A stretch of 64,000 nt of DNA, taken from positions 316,300 through 380,299 of the forward strand of contig NW_018408848.1 in NCBI RefSeq assembly GCF_002113885.1, given 5' to 3'. Of the stretch, positions 27,599 to 41,298 are shown one piece after another. Source of the DNA: Mizuhopecten yessoensis. Its lineage: Eukaryota. The notes beneath the pieces were generated by a model, which searched no databases, had not been told where the DNA came from, and worked only from the letters and a program-made list of their open reading frames with translations. Within the stretch, counting starts at the first letter, position 1, and the number at the start of each line of letters is the position of its first letter. The translations under genes were made by a program, and so were the position numbers.

Positions 27599-29116
27599 TA
27601 AAAAAGATCTATAAATGAAACTGGAGCAAAGATTGTGTTCCGGGGAAAACTGGATTGAGGATTGTGTTCCACGGAGCTACAGCTATGGTATGGTAGGTCG
27701 GATGAACCCGAGCACCCTCACACATACTCGTATCACATGTATCCCCTACAGTAGCAATCAACAGTGGAAAACGAACGTTGTTGACAATACTGTAACAGTG
27801 GCCCGTTACGAGTCCATTATGGAATGAATTATATTAAGTTATTAGCTGAACAATTTGTGTTGCTTTCATCATATAGCTGTCACTCTACTCCGAGGACATT
27901 ACATCAATTAGAAAATAGAAATTGCCATTTCATAATCAAATTCGATCCGCGCCTTTGTTTGGTCTCTAGCCTGTCCATTAGACTAGCACCATAGACAAGC
28001 TGTGGATATGCTTGCTGCCATGCTTGGGACCAGATCACATATCGTTGTGTAGAGATGGTCACGGAGTTCTAGTGAAAAATAATAACATTATAAAAATGTC
28101 AACGGGAAACAACCAATAAAGAGAAATAAAAGCGGAATTTGATACAATATTATAGATGATGACTAATGCTTTCGTTTTCCTGTATATTTCTATGTGAGAC
28201 TGGCATTGCGGAGGATGTTTCCCGTCATAAAATATTGGACTACGGAGAATATTGGTGTTAAGAGCTGAAAGTGGTATTTCAAAAGCTTCCAAACATCAGA
28301 AGAATTAAAGATTTAGGGGATCTGTATCAGTTCCCGAAGCATCACGCTAAATCGTGTACGTTGTCGTGGTTGGTGGTATTTGGTCACATTAGATACATTT
28401 ATTATAATACACACTATTTTTTAACATATGAACTTACAACGACGAGGAGTTTTCGGACTTACCATAAATACAACATTTAGACACTTGTCATCAATGCATC
28501 ATTTAAACTCTTGCAATATTCATATTAAAAATACAACATTTAGAAGCAGATCGTAAATACATCATTTGGACAATTTTTCTAAATCTGTAGATAATTTATA
28601 CTTACGTAGATAATTGATAATTTAGACGCTTGCAATACATACATCAATTATACGTTTGCAACCTGAATCATATTTAGAGGTTAGCTATCTGAGTGGTATT
28701 AATACAGATTCTCTGGGCGCTTATTACTTCGCCACTTCAGTGTTTGTTGTATAAATACATAGCGTAGACGCTTGTCATCTTAAACGTTCAAAAGTACAGC
28801 TGATATTGGTTGCAGCGTGCAGTAATAATGACCTGATCCTAAAATACCGTCAAGAATATTTCTGAAAACAGGGACAGTGGTTCATCTATTACAACACACC
28901 TACACATGTACAATGTATATATATATATTTATTTTATAAACTTCATTATTGATGAAAATATAAAAGAGAAATGAACATGATGTGAAGACGTGTTTTTCCC
29001 GGATTTCAGACATGTGAAAATCATGGCCAAAATAGTATTCTCAAACCAAATGCATTTTTTTTCTTGAAATACTTATTAATTTGAAGTCCATATAGTCCAC
29101 TTCATCATAAATAAAT

Positions 29117-29325
29117 GGGGGTCGAGTGGTCAAGGTGTCTTACCGTCTACGACCATTAGCCCTCCACCACTGGTGTCGCGGTTTCGAGGCCAACGTGCAC
29201 GTGGGGCAGTCGCTAAGCACTCTCCTCAGGTCGGGTTTTTTTCCGGACACTTCAGTTTTCCTCCGACATTAAAACCAGACACGTCTCACATTAACGTACC
29301 TCGACTCTCCCTATGAGGACGTTAC
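29117..29325 (+). mobile_element. Degenerate tRNA-derived SINE (V-domain-like core)
   Basis: A-box-like GGTCGAGTGG, B-box-like GGTTTCGAGGCC, and core GGGTTTTTTTCCGGACACTTCAGTTTTCCTCC. Confidence 0.7.
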
Positions 29326-29439
29326 ATCGTTTGACCAAGAAGCAAGTGACGCTTACTATTCCGGATCATCTAGTCTAGTTCTCTTGGTACTCTTTTATGA
29401 GTCTCAATGTAAAGCTTTCTTCCTTTGTAAATATTTTGC

Positions 29440-30860
29440 CCTACTGACTAACGAAGTTTCAACTATGTGTCCGGGCTACTGGGGTTCGGCTAATATATCC
29501 GGAAAACTGAGGTGCAACTTATGTATCGGGATAACTGAGGTTCGACTAATATATCCGGACTACTGAAGTTCGACTGATATTCCCGGACTTCTGATTTTCG
29601 ACTAATATATCCGGACTACTGAGGTTCGACTGATATTACCGAACTTATGAGGTTCGACTGATATATCCGCACTACAGAGGTTCGACTTATATATCCGGAT
29701 TAATGAGTTTCGACTGATATATCCGGACTACTGAGGTGTGACTAATATATCCGGACTACCGAGGTTTGACTTATAAATCCGAACTACCTAACTTTGGACT
29801 AATATATCCGGACCACTGAGGTTCGATTGGTATATCCGCACTACTGGGTTCGACTTATATATCCGGATTACTGAGGTTCGACTTATATATCCGGGCTACC
29901 GAGGTTTGACTTATATATCCGGACTACTGAGGTTCGATTTATATATTCGGCCTACTGAGGTTCGAATGATATTCCCGGACTACTGAGGTACGACTTATAT
30001 ATCCGGACTAATGAGGTTCGACTAACATATCCGCACTACCGAGGTTCAACTGATATATCCGGACTACAGAGGTTCGACTTATATATCCGAACTACTGAGT
30101 TTCAACAAATATATCCGGACTACCGAGGTTTGACTTATATTTCCGGACTACTGAGGTTTGACTAATATTACCGGACTTATGAGGTTCGACTGATATATCC
30201 GCTCTACAAAGGTTCAACTTATATATCCGGATTAATGAGTTTCGACTGATATATCCGGACTACTGAGGTGTGACTTATATATCCGGACTACCGACGTTTG
30301 ACTTATAAATCCGAACTACCGAACTTTGGACTAATATATCCGGACCACTGAGGTTCGATTGGTATATCCGCACTACTGAGGTTCGACTTATATATCCGGA
30401 TTACTGAGGTTCGAATGATATTCCCGGACTACTGAGGTACGACTTATATATTCAGACTACTGAGGTTTGATTTATATATCCGGACTACTGAGGTTCGATT
30501 TATATATATTCGGCCTACTGAGGTTCGAATGATATTCCCGGACTACTGAGGTACGACTTATATATCCGGACTACTGAGGTTCGACTAACATATCTGCACT
30601 ACCGAGGTTCAACTGTTATATCCGGACTACAGAGGTTCGACTTATCTATCCGAACTACTGAGTTTCAACAAATATATCCGGACTACCGAGGTTTGACTTA
30701 TATATCCGGACTACTGAGGTTTGACTAATATTACTGGACTTAGGAGGTTCAACTTATATATCCGGACTAATGCGGTTCGACTAATATATCTGGACTTCCG
30801 AGGTTCGACTGATATATCTGGACTTCTGACGTTCGACCTACGTGTCCGGACGACTGACTC
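29440..30860. repeat. 28-bp minisatellite (ATATATCCGGACTACTGAGGTTCGACTT) with a ~19-20-mer higher-order duplication
   Basis: 28-bp period; the diagnostic variant TAATGAGTTTCG recurs at 29701 and 30233 (532 bp = 19 units). Confidence 0.93.
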
Positions 30861-31348
30861 TATGTGACACTGTAGTGAGTATAAAGCAAATATTCATATT
30901 TCGTATCAACACATTGCAAGGGAAATGCATACAAGAAATACATTTTATAATCGATTGAAATATTTGATTTAATTATGTTTTGTTTTCTGCATCAGCACAC
31001 TTGAAGTAATCAAAGCAATGGTTGAAGTTTCCTTTTTCCATTGTAAGAATGATTTAGACTTATATACACGTATATATCTTAATATGCCGATGAGAAGGAA
31101 GACTTATACGTTGAATTCCTATGTGGGATGTTCGAGACTACACAAGGAAATGAACGAAAGGGCAAGAAGTTCAGGTGAATACATTTTCGGAATGGGATCA
31201 ATCAGATAAGACTTCTACCAGATAAGGAGTCTGATTCACAAGGACGTCTTCTTGATCGAGTCAAACACTGCACAAATGTTCTGACAAGACCAGTGTACAG
31301 GGTCCTACACTTGTTAAAATTAGTAAAAGACCGACTTCAATTGAAATT

Positions 31349-31590
31349 GGTGGTCGGGTGGCGCAGTGGGTAGCACACTTGCCTTTCACCGAGGCGGCTC
31401 GGATTCGATTCCCCGATCGGAAGTAAAAAGGTATGGGGTCACCTGCCCGACCACGTGGGTTTTCTCCAGGTACTCCAATTTCCTCACACATTAAGACCTC
31501 CCGCGCGCTAACATCCGGGCTAACAAGAGCGATTAATATAAGCTGAAATAACTTTTTTCATAATTATTTTAAAATAGATAAAGTTTATAT
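31349..31590 (+). mobile_element. Near-complete tRNA-derived V-SINE
   Basis: A-box TGGCGCAGTGG, B-box GGATTCGATTCC, V-domain GTGGGTTTTCTCCAGGTACTCCAATTTCCTC, and an AT-rich tail. Confidence 0.85.
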
Positions 31591-31668
31591 CTGACTGATA
31601 TCTTCATGGTTGTACTGCTTATCTTAAGTTTGATTGACTTTCGTTGAAGAACATTTTAAGATACATCA

Positions 31669-31890
31669 AGATGGATTGATGATGGTATGTGAATAAATAA
31701 CGAGAACGATACATTTATCCTCATCAACTTGAAACTACAAAATTAACTACTCTTCACCAGCATCAAATGCCATCATTTTAGATTATTGGTCATCACAACT
31801 GTCCTGGTCAGTAACGTACCACTCTCTCTTACCTATGGAGTCTACATGTCAAGGTTTATTTATCACTGCTGAACATGTTTGACGTATCCT
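31669..31890 (+). mobile_element. Penelope-like RT relic
   Basis: RWIDDGM*INN (cf. RYIDDVLSINN) and SNVPLSLTYGVYMSRFI (cf. SNIP.SPAYGVYISQLIRY), with stops and deletions. Confidence 0.65.
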
Positions 31891-32237
31891 AATATTTTCG
31901 CATATAGTAAATTGGCGCGAAAATCTCTAAACTTAAATATTTCGTTACAGATTATAGATATGTAGTATATATATAGAACCAAAGACAAAACAAATATTTC
32001 CACACAGCGATCAGTTTAGAGTCACAATGTGAACATTTCCTAACGCCGTGACGATGAAAAAGATATGCAATACTAATAAGATTGATCACGGTCGATGTGG
32101 TATTTTCTCTCATTGTGTTTAAAAGTAAGTTTCATCGAAAATAACAACTGTAAAATACTTGTTTCCTACCCTTTCATAAATAAACAATAAACCCGATTGT
32201 TGCGTGGGGTAATGCTTATAGTGAAAACAGAACCAAC

Positions 32238-32334
32238 ACACGAAGGGAGACAATCTGTACAGCACGAAGGGAGACAATCTGTACAGCACGAAGGGAGACA
32301 CTCTGTACAGCACGAAGGGAGACACTCTGTACAG
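32238..32334. repeat. 24-bp tandem repeat x4 (CACGAAGGGAGACA[A/C]TCTGTACAG)
   Basis: Seen directly. Confidence 0.92.
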
Positions 32335-32835
32335 TATCAAGATGCAAATCGTTTTCTTGGGAAAGAAACTTTTTTTCACATATTTTACATGTATTCCTTA
32401 ACATTTGAAGAAATATTTATGAAATCGTAAAGAAACTTCTGCTTTTAATTATCAACAACAATACGATATATGTCTTTTGATATCCATTTATGGAAATTAA
32501 ATACGTAGGCTATATAACCGTTTTAGTTTTTACCAGTGTAGCTAGTGTGACCAGTGTTGGTGTTTTACTGCCATGCTATTTACATCCCAAAGTTAACTGA
32601 CCACTGTTATCATTATAAGTATCTTCAGTAATGTCACTGCTCTGGTTTGACATTCTGTCCTTGTTCACCTGTTTTTTAAGCTTCCAATACGTTCTTCTAT
32701 CCATAGAATAGGTTATGATTTTCAACATTATTTCATAAATAACAAGAGCCCCTCTAAAATTACGTGGTATATCCCCGCTACCTTTTGTCGTTGTTGCCAA
32801 CGTTCTTCCACACACAGAATAGGTTACAATTTTCA

Positions 32836-32895
32836 ACAACAACAAATCAAACTAAAATTTGTATGAAGTATATGTGCAATATGCATACCTTTATT
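32836..32895 (-). terminator. Candidate distal polyadenylation signal of the taperin-like gene
   Basis: AATAAA at 32895-32890 (minus), followed ~35 nt later by GU-rich TTTAGTTTGATTTGTTGTTGTTG. Base composition changes at this boundary. Confidence 0.5.
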
Positions 32896-35800
32896 AGACA
32901 AATGCATGATACAGCGGGAAAAAAATTGTGAAGAACTTGATCCCAAAGAGACTGAACTTCTTACAATATGTTACAATGATAGACAGAAACACACAAAACA
33001 GCATAGTAAGACAGTCTCCCACCAGTAGTGTCAGGAATCATTGGATTGGTTCACAAGCACTTAATCATTGAGAACAACAAACCTGAAAGGTCTAGCTGAA
33101 ACTCATGCATGATTCAATGAAGAATTGTTAAGTTACCGGTAATGTACTTTACAAACACTTTCAGACAATGTTTCTGAAATGGAAAGTAATTCAATTAACA
33201 AAAACTCAATAAGATCTTAAAATTCTTGCCAATCAAATATTTTAACACCAAAAAAAGGTTATTACAAAAGATAAAAACACCTTAACAATTAACAAGTTAT
33301 TTTTGGAAAAAGAAATATACAGTTAAGGAAAATATCAAAAGTATTCATTGGAAAAGCTGACTGTGTTACAGTACAAAATGAAAGCTCCAGGAATAGTGTA
33401 ATACAGCAGAGCTGGAATGTAACAACTAACAAGCTTTAACAGTGGTAAACCGGCATTACATGCCTCTAACTTTGGAATACAAGCAGAATCTTTCTCACAA
33501 TTTGGAATCAATCATTAATAACAAAAACAACAATTTTTTAAAGTTCCATCCATTAAAATCACAAAAAGACATTTTGCTAACCTTTGGTCAGAGAGGGACA
33601 TAGATAACCTGAAACATACAGGGTTTTACTTAGTAATTGTCAACAATATCCTTAAACACATTTTTCATTCCTCCAAAGGCTGTTGTAAGGGAGACAACTC
33701 TTGCTTATTTCAACGAGTGTAATGAGTATGAATTGGTTGTACATTATGCTAGAGATATGTTTATTTGACAGAGCCGGAATCATTTAGATATTAAGCTAGA
33801 GAAAATATTGTTAAGCTTTGAAAAGTTGCGAAAAGGTATAACGTTGATGTGTAAATAATCTCTTTCCATTCAAATGAAAGCCATTCTACAGAAACAGAAA
33901 CCTTCTACACAATGTTGTTGTCAATATCAACCACAGGTGAGGTTGTTTGCTACCTTAGCTAATATAGAGTTCCTTTCCAAATACAGTTCCAAACTAAGAA
34001 ATCTGTCAAACATCTGTTATGATTGGATATTGAAATTTCACTATAAAATAGTACAAATTTGAAAGGTACTGAAGAATGCATATGTTAATTACACCCGACC
34101 AGGTTTTTTTTACGGGAGGTAAATGGAACACAAACTAACATAACATTACAGCACACAAATAACAGTGGATGAGACATTACTTCCAAGGATTTCTATAGAA
34201 CACTCTGATGTTTGGTCTTAACGTTTCTGCCTTGAATTTATTACTCACACTGGCTCTGTTTAAACTTCTTTTTGGCTTTTTATACATCACATTTAAAATC
34301 TCAGAGTTTTCCTACACATACAATACAACATAATTTACATACTATATAGTTTATACTGTTCATAAATGCTTCAAATCAATGTCAATTTTTTTTCCTGATC
34401 ATCTCAGAATTAATTTGTACTGTGTCATTGTGATTACAAGTATTTAATTTGTTTGTATAATATTTTCATACACACATGAGTAAACCTTCAAAAAGTTAGT
34501 AAACAGGTTGCTACAAGTAGGTATAATGAGACAGTAAATAATACATGAATATTCATTAAGTAGTCCATATAAGAATAACGGAGGTTATCTCCCTTCCATT
34601 GGTAGTCTAGATGCTAAAAGGAACTTATACTACTGATGGTTAACACAAAATCTCAGACTTTTTACTAAGGTTATTTAGATTTAAAACAAAATCTACAAAA
34701 TTATCAAAATATACCTCAATTCATTTGAATATAAAAGATCACAATATTTAATAGAATTATCTTGTTACTAGCAAAATGTACATACATTTTACAAATTCTA
34801 TCTTGAGCTACAAAAACGAGTTATTTTTATATAATTCTGGTACAGATATATAATATTTTTAGATGTACATAATTCCAGTGTTAACCACTTTCAATTTAAG
34901 GTGTATGGAGAAATATTCTACCAGAGACATCAGGGGAACCTTTCAACTACTTTATCTAATTCACTGGGTTGTCAGATTTCTAATTTGTCAAGCAAACACC
35001 AGAAATCATTAAGCATAAATGATTCTATTGTTAAATTTTTATCACACTTGTACAGATGATGAAAACTACTTAACCAATAGAAATGACAACTAGGATAGAC
35101 CACACTGGATACCAGTATAAAGCTTCTCCCTACCTAGCTACTGTTAAAAGATACCAACTAAGCACAGCTATTGGAAATCAGAAACCATCAAAACAGATCC
35201 AGTAGTTTTTTTTTTTTATCTTCCAAAGCATATATCTTCTTAAAATTTCAATGAATTAATTTAATGCATAAATGTTAAATCCGAAATAAGCATGTATTTT
35301 TTCTACTTTACAATCTATAAGCTCACTTGAGTTTTTGTCAAGTGGCATGCATTTATTTAATTCACTATAACTTATTGCTAATAGTTGTCAGGTTTTGAAC
35401 ATTCAAACTACTTAAATATTCTGGAAAGTACAACTGAAATCATACTGTTAGTATGCTCATTCTACAGGTGATTACAAAGTATAAACTGTCAGTGAACAAA
35501 GAAGAAAAAAGTCCATTCCAAACTTGACATCATTTAAACGTCAAACTTTAAAAAATATATCTATAAAAAAGACTTATGATACTTAAAAGCTTATAAATAG
35601 GTGTATGTTCTGTAAGAATGAATGAACTCAATGTAAGTTGAACATGGCTATGGGACTTGTGATGTACCGGTATAAGGAATGTATTGAGACAATTAGACAC
35701 TGTATTATTACTGTGTGTAAAACACAAGGATATAAGAGACACTGGCGAGGGAATAAACACTACAGGGACAGGAGCCTGTGAAGCAATAATGCAATTAATA

Positions 35801-38800
35801 TTATTAATAATTATTCCTAATATCCTGGTAAAAATTTCAATAAAATATATGGTATTACCTGGAAATAAATGTTTTATCTGATACTTTTTTAATGATTTCC
35901 CTGTAGAAAATTAACACATATATGATGATTATGTATTACGTTTTAATACAATATTTTTAACAATTTCCTAGCAAAAATTCTATCAAATATATGGTTAGTT
36001 CAGATATCTTTAAAAGCAATACTACAACAGCATTATCATAAAGACATACATTCCTACAACCAAGTAAGTTAATTGCCTTATGTCAATATGATCCTCTTTC
36101 TGACAAGATCATTATTGGTCTATAGATCAGATGTGTCTTTAGGTTGTCTCCCCTTACTTGTACTGGATCTGTAAGTGATATTTTCCTAGAGAATATTTTA
36201 AATGAGTAAGATATGAGAGCAAAGTAAAATAATGCTGCACCAGTTCTACTATATTTTTTTTACTGATTTCTGTGATCTAAAATTACATTTCATATATGTA
36301 ATACTATATCATAACACGTTAATAAGTTTGGTTTATTACAAACAGAAAATATGTATTCACTTGTACCTTGTACAAATTTGAGTTTGAAATTCTCACATTT
36401 GCCTAACTTATCCTTTTTTCTCCTAATTCTGATTATATAGATGATGTATTTCAATAACAACTTGAATATTCCTTTTTAAGATGAGTTAATAGCAACTTAG
36501 TACTTTTTAAGATGAGTTAGTAGTAACTTACTACTTTTATACAGGGAACAGTGTTCATGTTAATAATATGGACCTTGCATAATCACCTCACATCTTTCAG
36601 AGATTAAAAATATCAGCAAATATTTACATATTTAACAAATATACAAAAAATAAGTATGAACAGTAAGCATATATGTACAAAAAATCTTCATAACAGATGT
36701 AAATTAAATAAAAAAAATACAATTTAAATTCAGAGGAATTATATTGACACAAATATGATGAACATTTGCTATACTTATGAATACTATACACAATCTTGGC
36801 AATTATATAGAAGTATATATATAATATACACAATACACAAGAGAAACAGCATATATATACATGTATACACAAATATACACTAAGACAACAATTTCCTCAA
36901 AAAAACTATGGTCCCCTTCATCTAAAATATATTCATGAAGTGATTCTCACAGATGAATACAGGTAAACTGAAACATGTATCAATGATCCAAGTCCTGGGC
37001 AATTTCAAAACGAAATATTTCAAAATTTCTGAAAATTTATAAATTTGTTTAGACCTTTGTCCTTGTATCGAAATACACACATAATTTTGATTAAATACAT
37101 ACATTTATTGTTCACTAAACAAATTACTCATTTCCAAAACGAAAACTTGGTTATCATGATCAGTACGAGGTTCTACAATTAAAACAACAATTATTTTGTC
37201 CAAAATAAATCTGTCAACACAAAAATGCTTATATTTTAATACAAATAAGCAAAATCAGCTGAACCAGTGCAGTCCCACCGTGAGAATGGGGTACATGACT
37301 TTTAGTCATTCACAATGAATAGCGACAAGTGACCATGATGTTTGACTTCAGATTATATTGATGAAGTTAAACCTAAATAGAAATTGTCTGCTTATTGTCA
37401 TATGTCAACAATACAAAATGCCTCTTGGGCCATCATTCTACAACTACTAAATGGATGAATTTCTACTTTCGTTTTCCATATAGATTATAATTGGCACATG
37501 ACATTCTCACAAAAATGTGAAATATTTATCATGAACAATGTGAAAGCTAATATGTGATTGAAGTTTAATGGTGTTGGTTTTCTCATATTGAGACAGCTAG
37601 ACATTTACAGAATGGTAATTAAAAATTTATGTGGATTGATTTTTCCTAAAAACACAAAACATTGAGAAATAAATAAGCTACTGGCTTGATTCTACATAGA
37701 ACAAAATAGGTTGAAATATATGTACAAATAACAATTCCCAGATCAAATTGTATGATTCCGGAGACCAGCTCCTACTAGACATTACCCCTAAACAAGAATA
37801 GTTTACTAAGAATTACAAACAGAAGTCCCTGGTGTAATACTCAGTTGTTTTGGTTCCAATGAGAGTTACAGTAATGGGTATATATATAGATATGTTCCTC
37901 TCTGAGATACAGCTTACTCTGTCGTGTAGTCAAGTATTCAGTCACTACTGGACAACTTCTTCAACAGATTTTGTAAAATGTAACATCTCCAACCTCAATT
38001 ACACCCCCCCCCCCCCCCCCCCCCAAAAAATAAATAAATGAAATAATTTGCCCAAGTTTTCCTCAAGTTGGTTTTTATCATTCATCTGAATGTTTGATGA
38101 GAAGTCATTTCTACCTTCACATATCAAGGAGTACCTCTTGACAAACCTACTCCAAAGATGTCAGAATAAAACTGTATCTCAGGGACTCATCATGAAACCA
38201 AATAACAATAGTTACAATAGCGTAAGTTTGAATGTTACATTGACACATCTCCACACACAGGTAATCTTTGTAACAGTGAGCAAAGTAACGCATGTGTCTA
38301 AGTTCTCCACTGTTCATTCCACTAGATGACTGGTCCTAAACTGTTCTCAATGAAAATATCGTTTACACACATATGGTTTCTGTGATACTCTACAGATATT
38401 CCTCCAAACATGACTTGGGTTATGTTTTAACGTTGATACAAAATGAACTCTTTTCTAATTGAAACGGAGAAAAATAATTAATTATAAACTGCGCAATAAG
38501 CTCAACATTAAAATTTGCCCATCTTTGAATGTTTAACAGCATATGAAACTGAGCAATTTGGAATGACACTCCTCCAGTATAAGTAAACCATAACAAGGCA
38601 TTCAACATGAAGATAAAACTTGGAATGTCACCTGATAATGTAAACGTAATGTGTAACTAGCATCACTGACACATACAGGCACTGTAGTGTACAAGATGAT
38701 ATTGGCCGCCACACTCCTCTTTTGTTTCAGTATGACTCCAAACTAATTCTTTTTTTGTTTGTTCAAGCATGCCTCTGAACTAATCCTGTTTTGTTTCAGC

Positions 38801-40527
38801 ATGCCTCTGAACTAATCCTGTTTTGTTTCAGCATGCCTCTGAACTAATCCTGTTTTGTTTCAGCATGCCTCTGAACTAATCCTGTTTTGTTTCAGCATGC
38901 CTCTGAACTAATCCTGTTTTGTTTCAGCATGCCTCTGAACTAATCCTGTTTTGTTTCAGCATGCCTCTGAACTAATCCTGTTTTGTTTCAGCATGCCTCT
39001 GAACTAATCCTGTTTTGTTTCAGCATGCCTCTGAACTAATCCTGTTTTGTTTCAGCATGCCTCTGAACTAATCCTGTTTTGTTTCAGCATGCCTCTGAAC
39101 TAATCCTGTTTTGTTTCAGCATGCCTCTGAACTAATCCTGTTTTGTTTCAGCATGCCTCTGAACTAATCCTGTTTTGTTTCAGCATGCCTCTGAACTAAT
39201 CCTGTTTTGTTTCAGCATGCCTCTGAACTAATCCTGTTTTGTTTCAGCATGCCTCTGAACTAATCCTGTTTTGTTTCAGCATGCCTCTGAACTAATCCTG
39301 TTTTGTTTCAGCATGCCTCTGAACTAATCCTGTTTTGTTTCAGCATGCCTCTGAACTAATCCTGTTTTGTTTCAGCATGCCTCTGAACTAATCCTGTTTT
39401 GTTTCAGCATGCCTCTGAACTAATCCTGTTTTGTTTCAGCATGCCTCTGAACTAATCCTGTTTTGTTTCAGCATGCCTCTGAACTAATCCTGTTTTGTTT
39501 CAGCATGCCTCTGAACTAATCCTGTTTTGTTTCAGCATGCCTCTGAACTAATCCTGTTTTGTTTCAGCATGCCTCTGAACTAATCCTGTTTTGTTTCAGC
39601 ATGCCTCTGAACTAATCCTGTTTTGTTTCAGCATGCCTCTGAACTAATCCTGTTTTGTTTCAGCATGCCTCTGAACTAATCCTGTTTTGTTTCAGCATGC
39701 CTCTGAACTAATCCTGTTTTGTTTCAGCATGCCTCTGAACTAATCCTGTTTTGTTTCAGCATGCCTCTGAACTAATCCTGTTTTGTTTCAGCATGCCTCT
39801 GAACTAATCCTGTTTTGTTTCAGCATGCCTCTGAACTAATCCTGTTTTGTTTCAGCATGCCTCTGAACTAATCCTGTTTTGTTTCAGCATGCCTCTGAAC
39901 TAATCCTGTTTTGTTTCAGCATGCCTCTGAACTGATCCTGTTTTGTTTCAGCATGCCTCTGAACTAATCCTGTTTTGTTTCAGCATTCCTCCAAACTAAT
40001 GTCCACGTTCATGAAACAGCATTTATGTAACAAGATAAGGATAAAAATTGTCTCTATACAAGGAAAGCTTTGTAATCTGGATGAGTTAGTTGGAAAATGT
40101 ATTTTCCAAGAAAACTCTTTATCTTAGAAATAACAAATTTTGTTGAATAAATCAGAAAAACTTGATATTCAGGATTTTTTTTAAAGAAGTGTCCAGATTA
40201 ACTAGATTCCAGCGTGAACTCCTAAACCACAGTATATAGCTTTACAATGGAAAGTCTCTTACTGCTGTCACTTTCAGTTTACTAGAAACTATTGGTGAAA
40301 TATTCTTAGGTTGGCAGAAATGTACTTCCACTAGATGGGTGATGCTAATGTAAGTACAGCATTTTAACTCTGTACTGTATACCTGTACCAGTCGACTGAC
40401 AGGGAAATGACAGAAGATGGCTACTACTGTCGTAGTGTTGTCCAGATTTATGATCTGGAAGGGTATCGCCTCATCAGGAGATCAGCACTTATATTCTGTA
40501 GAAATGGGTGATCTAGGGGCTTTGGAC
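32870..40527 (-). other. Putative long 3'UTR of the taperin-like gene
   Basis: Directly follows the stop codon; CpG-poor, U-rich on the minus strand, with no recognised TE. An alternative AATAAA lies at 37109-37104. Confidence 0.45.
38768..39985. repeat. Near-perfect 32-bp tandem array (GCATGCCTCTGAACTAATCCTGTTTTGTTTCA), ~38 copies
   Basis: Units are identical except for one substitution near 39934; degenerate monomers lie on both edges. Confidence 0.98.
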
Positions 40528-40718
40528 CTAGAACAACAGATCAGCACTACTATTGTCTGTCCAATTGAATGTGTCATTCTCTGACATAGGCAGAAGGTCC
40601 CTTTCCTCTGAATTATCTATTTGGTCTGGATCAGGGGAGGCAACTGGAGGCTCTTCATTCATGGACATTCCAAACTCAAAGTCGACAGACATTTTGGACT
40701 TGTAGCCACCGAATGTAC
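40528..40718 (-). CDS. TPRN: Terminal coding exon of a taperin/phostensin-family protein: (G)TFGGYKSKMSVDFEFGMSMNEEPPVASPDPDQIDNSEERDLLPMSENDTFNWTDNSSADLLF*
   Basis: Acceptor TTCATCTTTCAG (AG 40720-40719); phase 1 matches the upstream donor; TAG at 40530-40528. G..Y..K.SV.F and L.P.S.ND...L[LY]F resemble the taperin C-terminus as recalled. Missed by the ORF track. Confidence 0.85.
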
Positions 40719-41069
40719 CTGAAAGATGAATTAATAATTGTATGATTAGGAAAACCTATGCTATTTGGTATGGATAGATAAGAAAAGAATTCGTCATTAT
40801 TAGGAAAACAGGACAATCTCAATTTCTTTTATGGATAAAAAATCAATGTTTTATGACATTTTTAAAACATCCTAACATCTGTTTTTAAAACTTCATATTA
40901 ATTGATTTCTGTTTTGAAATGCTGAATACAGGATAACTGAATACTGGTAGCTATACCCTTTTAAACGAGGGAATGAATAAATTAAAGTGATTAACTCATC
41001 TTATAATTAAGTTACTGCAACATATTTACATAATCTACAAGCTTCAGGCAGAAGTCTTATATGCAAGAA

Positions 41070-41298
41070 AAAACTCAAAAAGTGGAACTAATCCCCACAA
41101 ATTAAGATTTTTTGTTTCTCTAATAACCCACATACACATAAATAGAACAAACTCAAAAAGTGGAACTAATCCCCACAAATTAAGATTTTTTGTTTCTCTA
41201 ATAACCCACATACACATAAATAGAACAAACTCAAAAAGTGGAACTAATCCCCACAAATTAAGATGTTTCGTTTCTCTAATAACCCACATATACATAAA
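41070..41298. repeat. 78-bp tandem repeat x3 (intronic)
   Basis: AAACTCAAAAAGTGGAACTAATCCCC recurs at 41071, 41149 and 41227. Confidence 0.93.

Noticed and set aside
31349-31430. tRNA gene
   Set aside because: A and B boxes are present, but no clean cloverleaf is evident and it runs into a SINE V-domain.
38768-39985. CRISPR-like array (32-bp repeats); likewise the 28-37 bp arrays
   Set aside because: Head-to-tail repeats without unique spacers, no cas genes, eukaryotic context.
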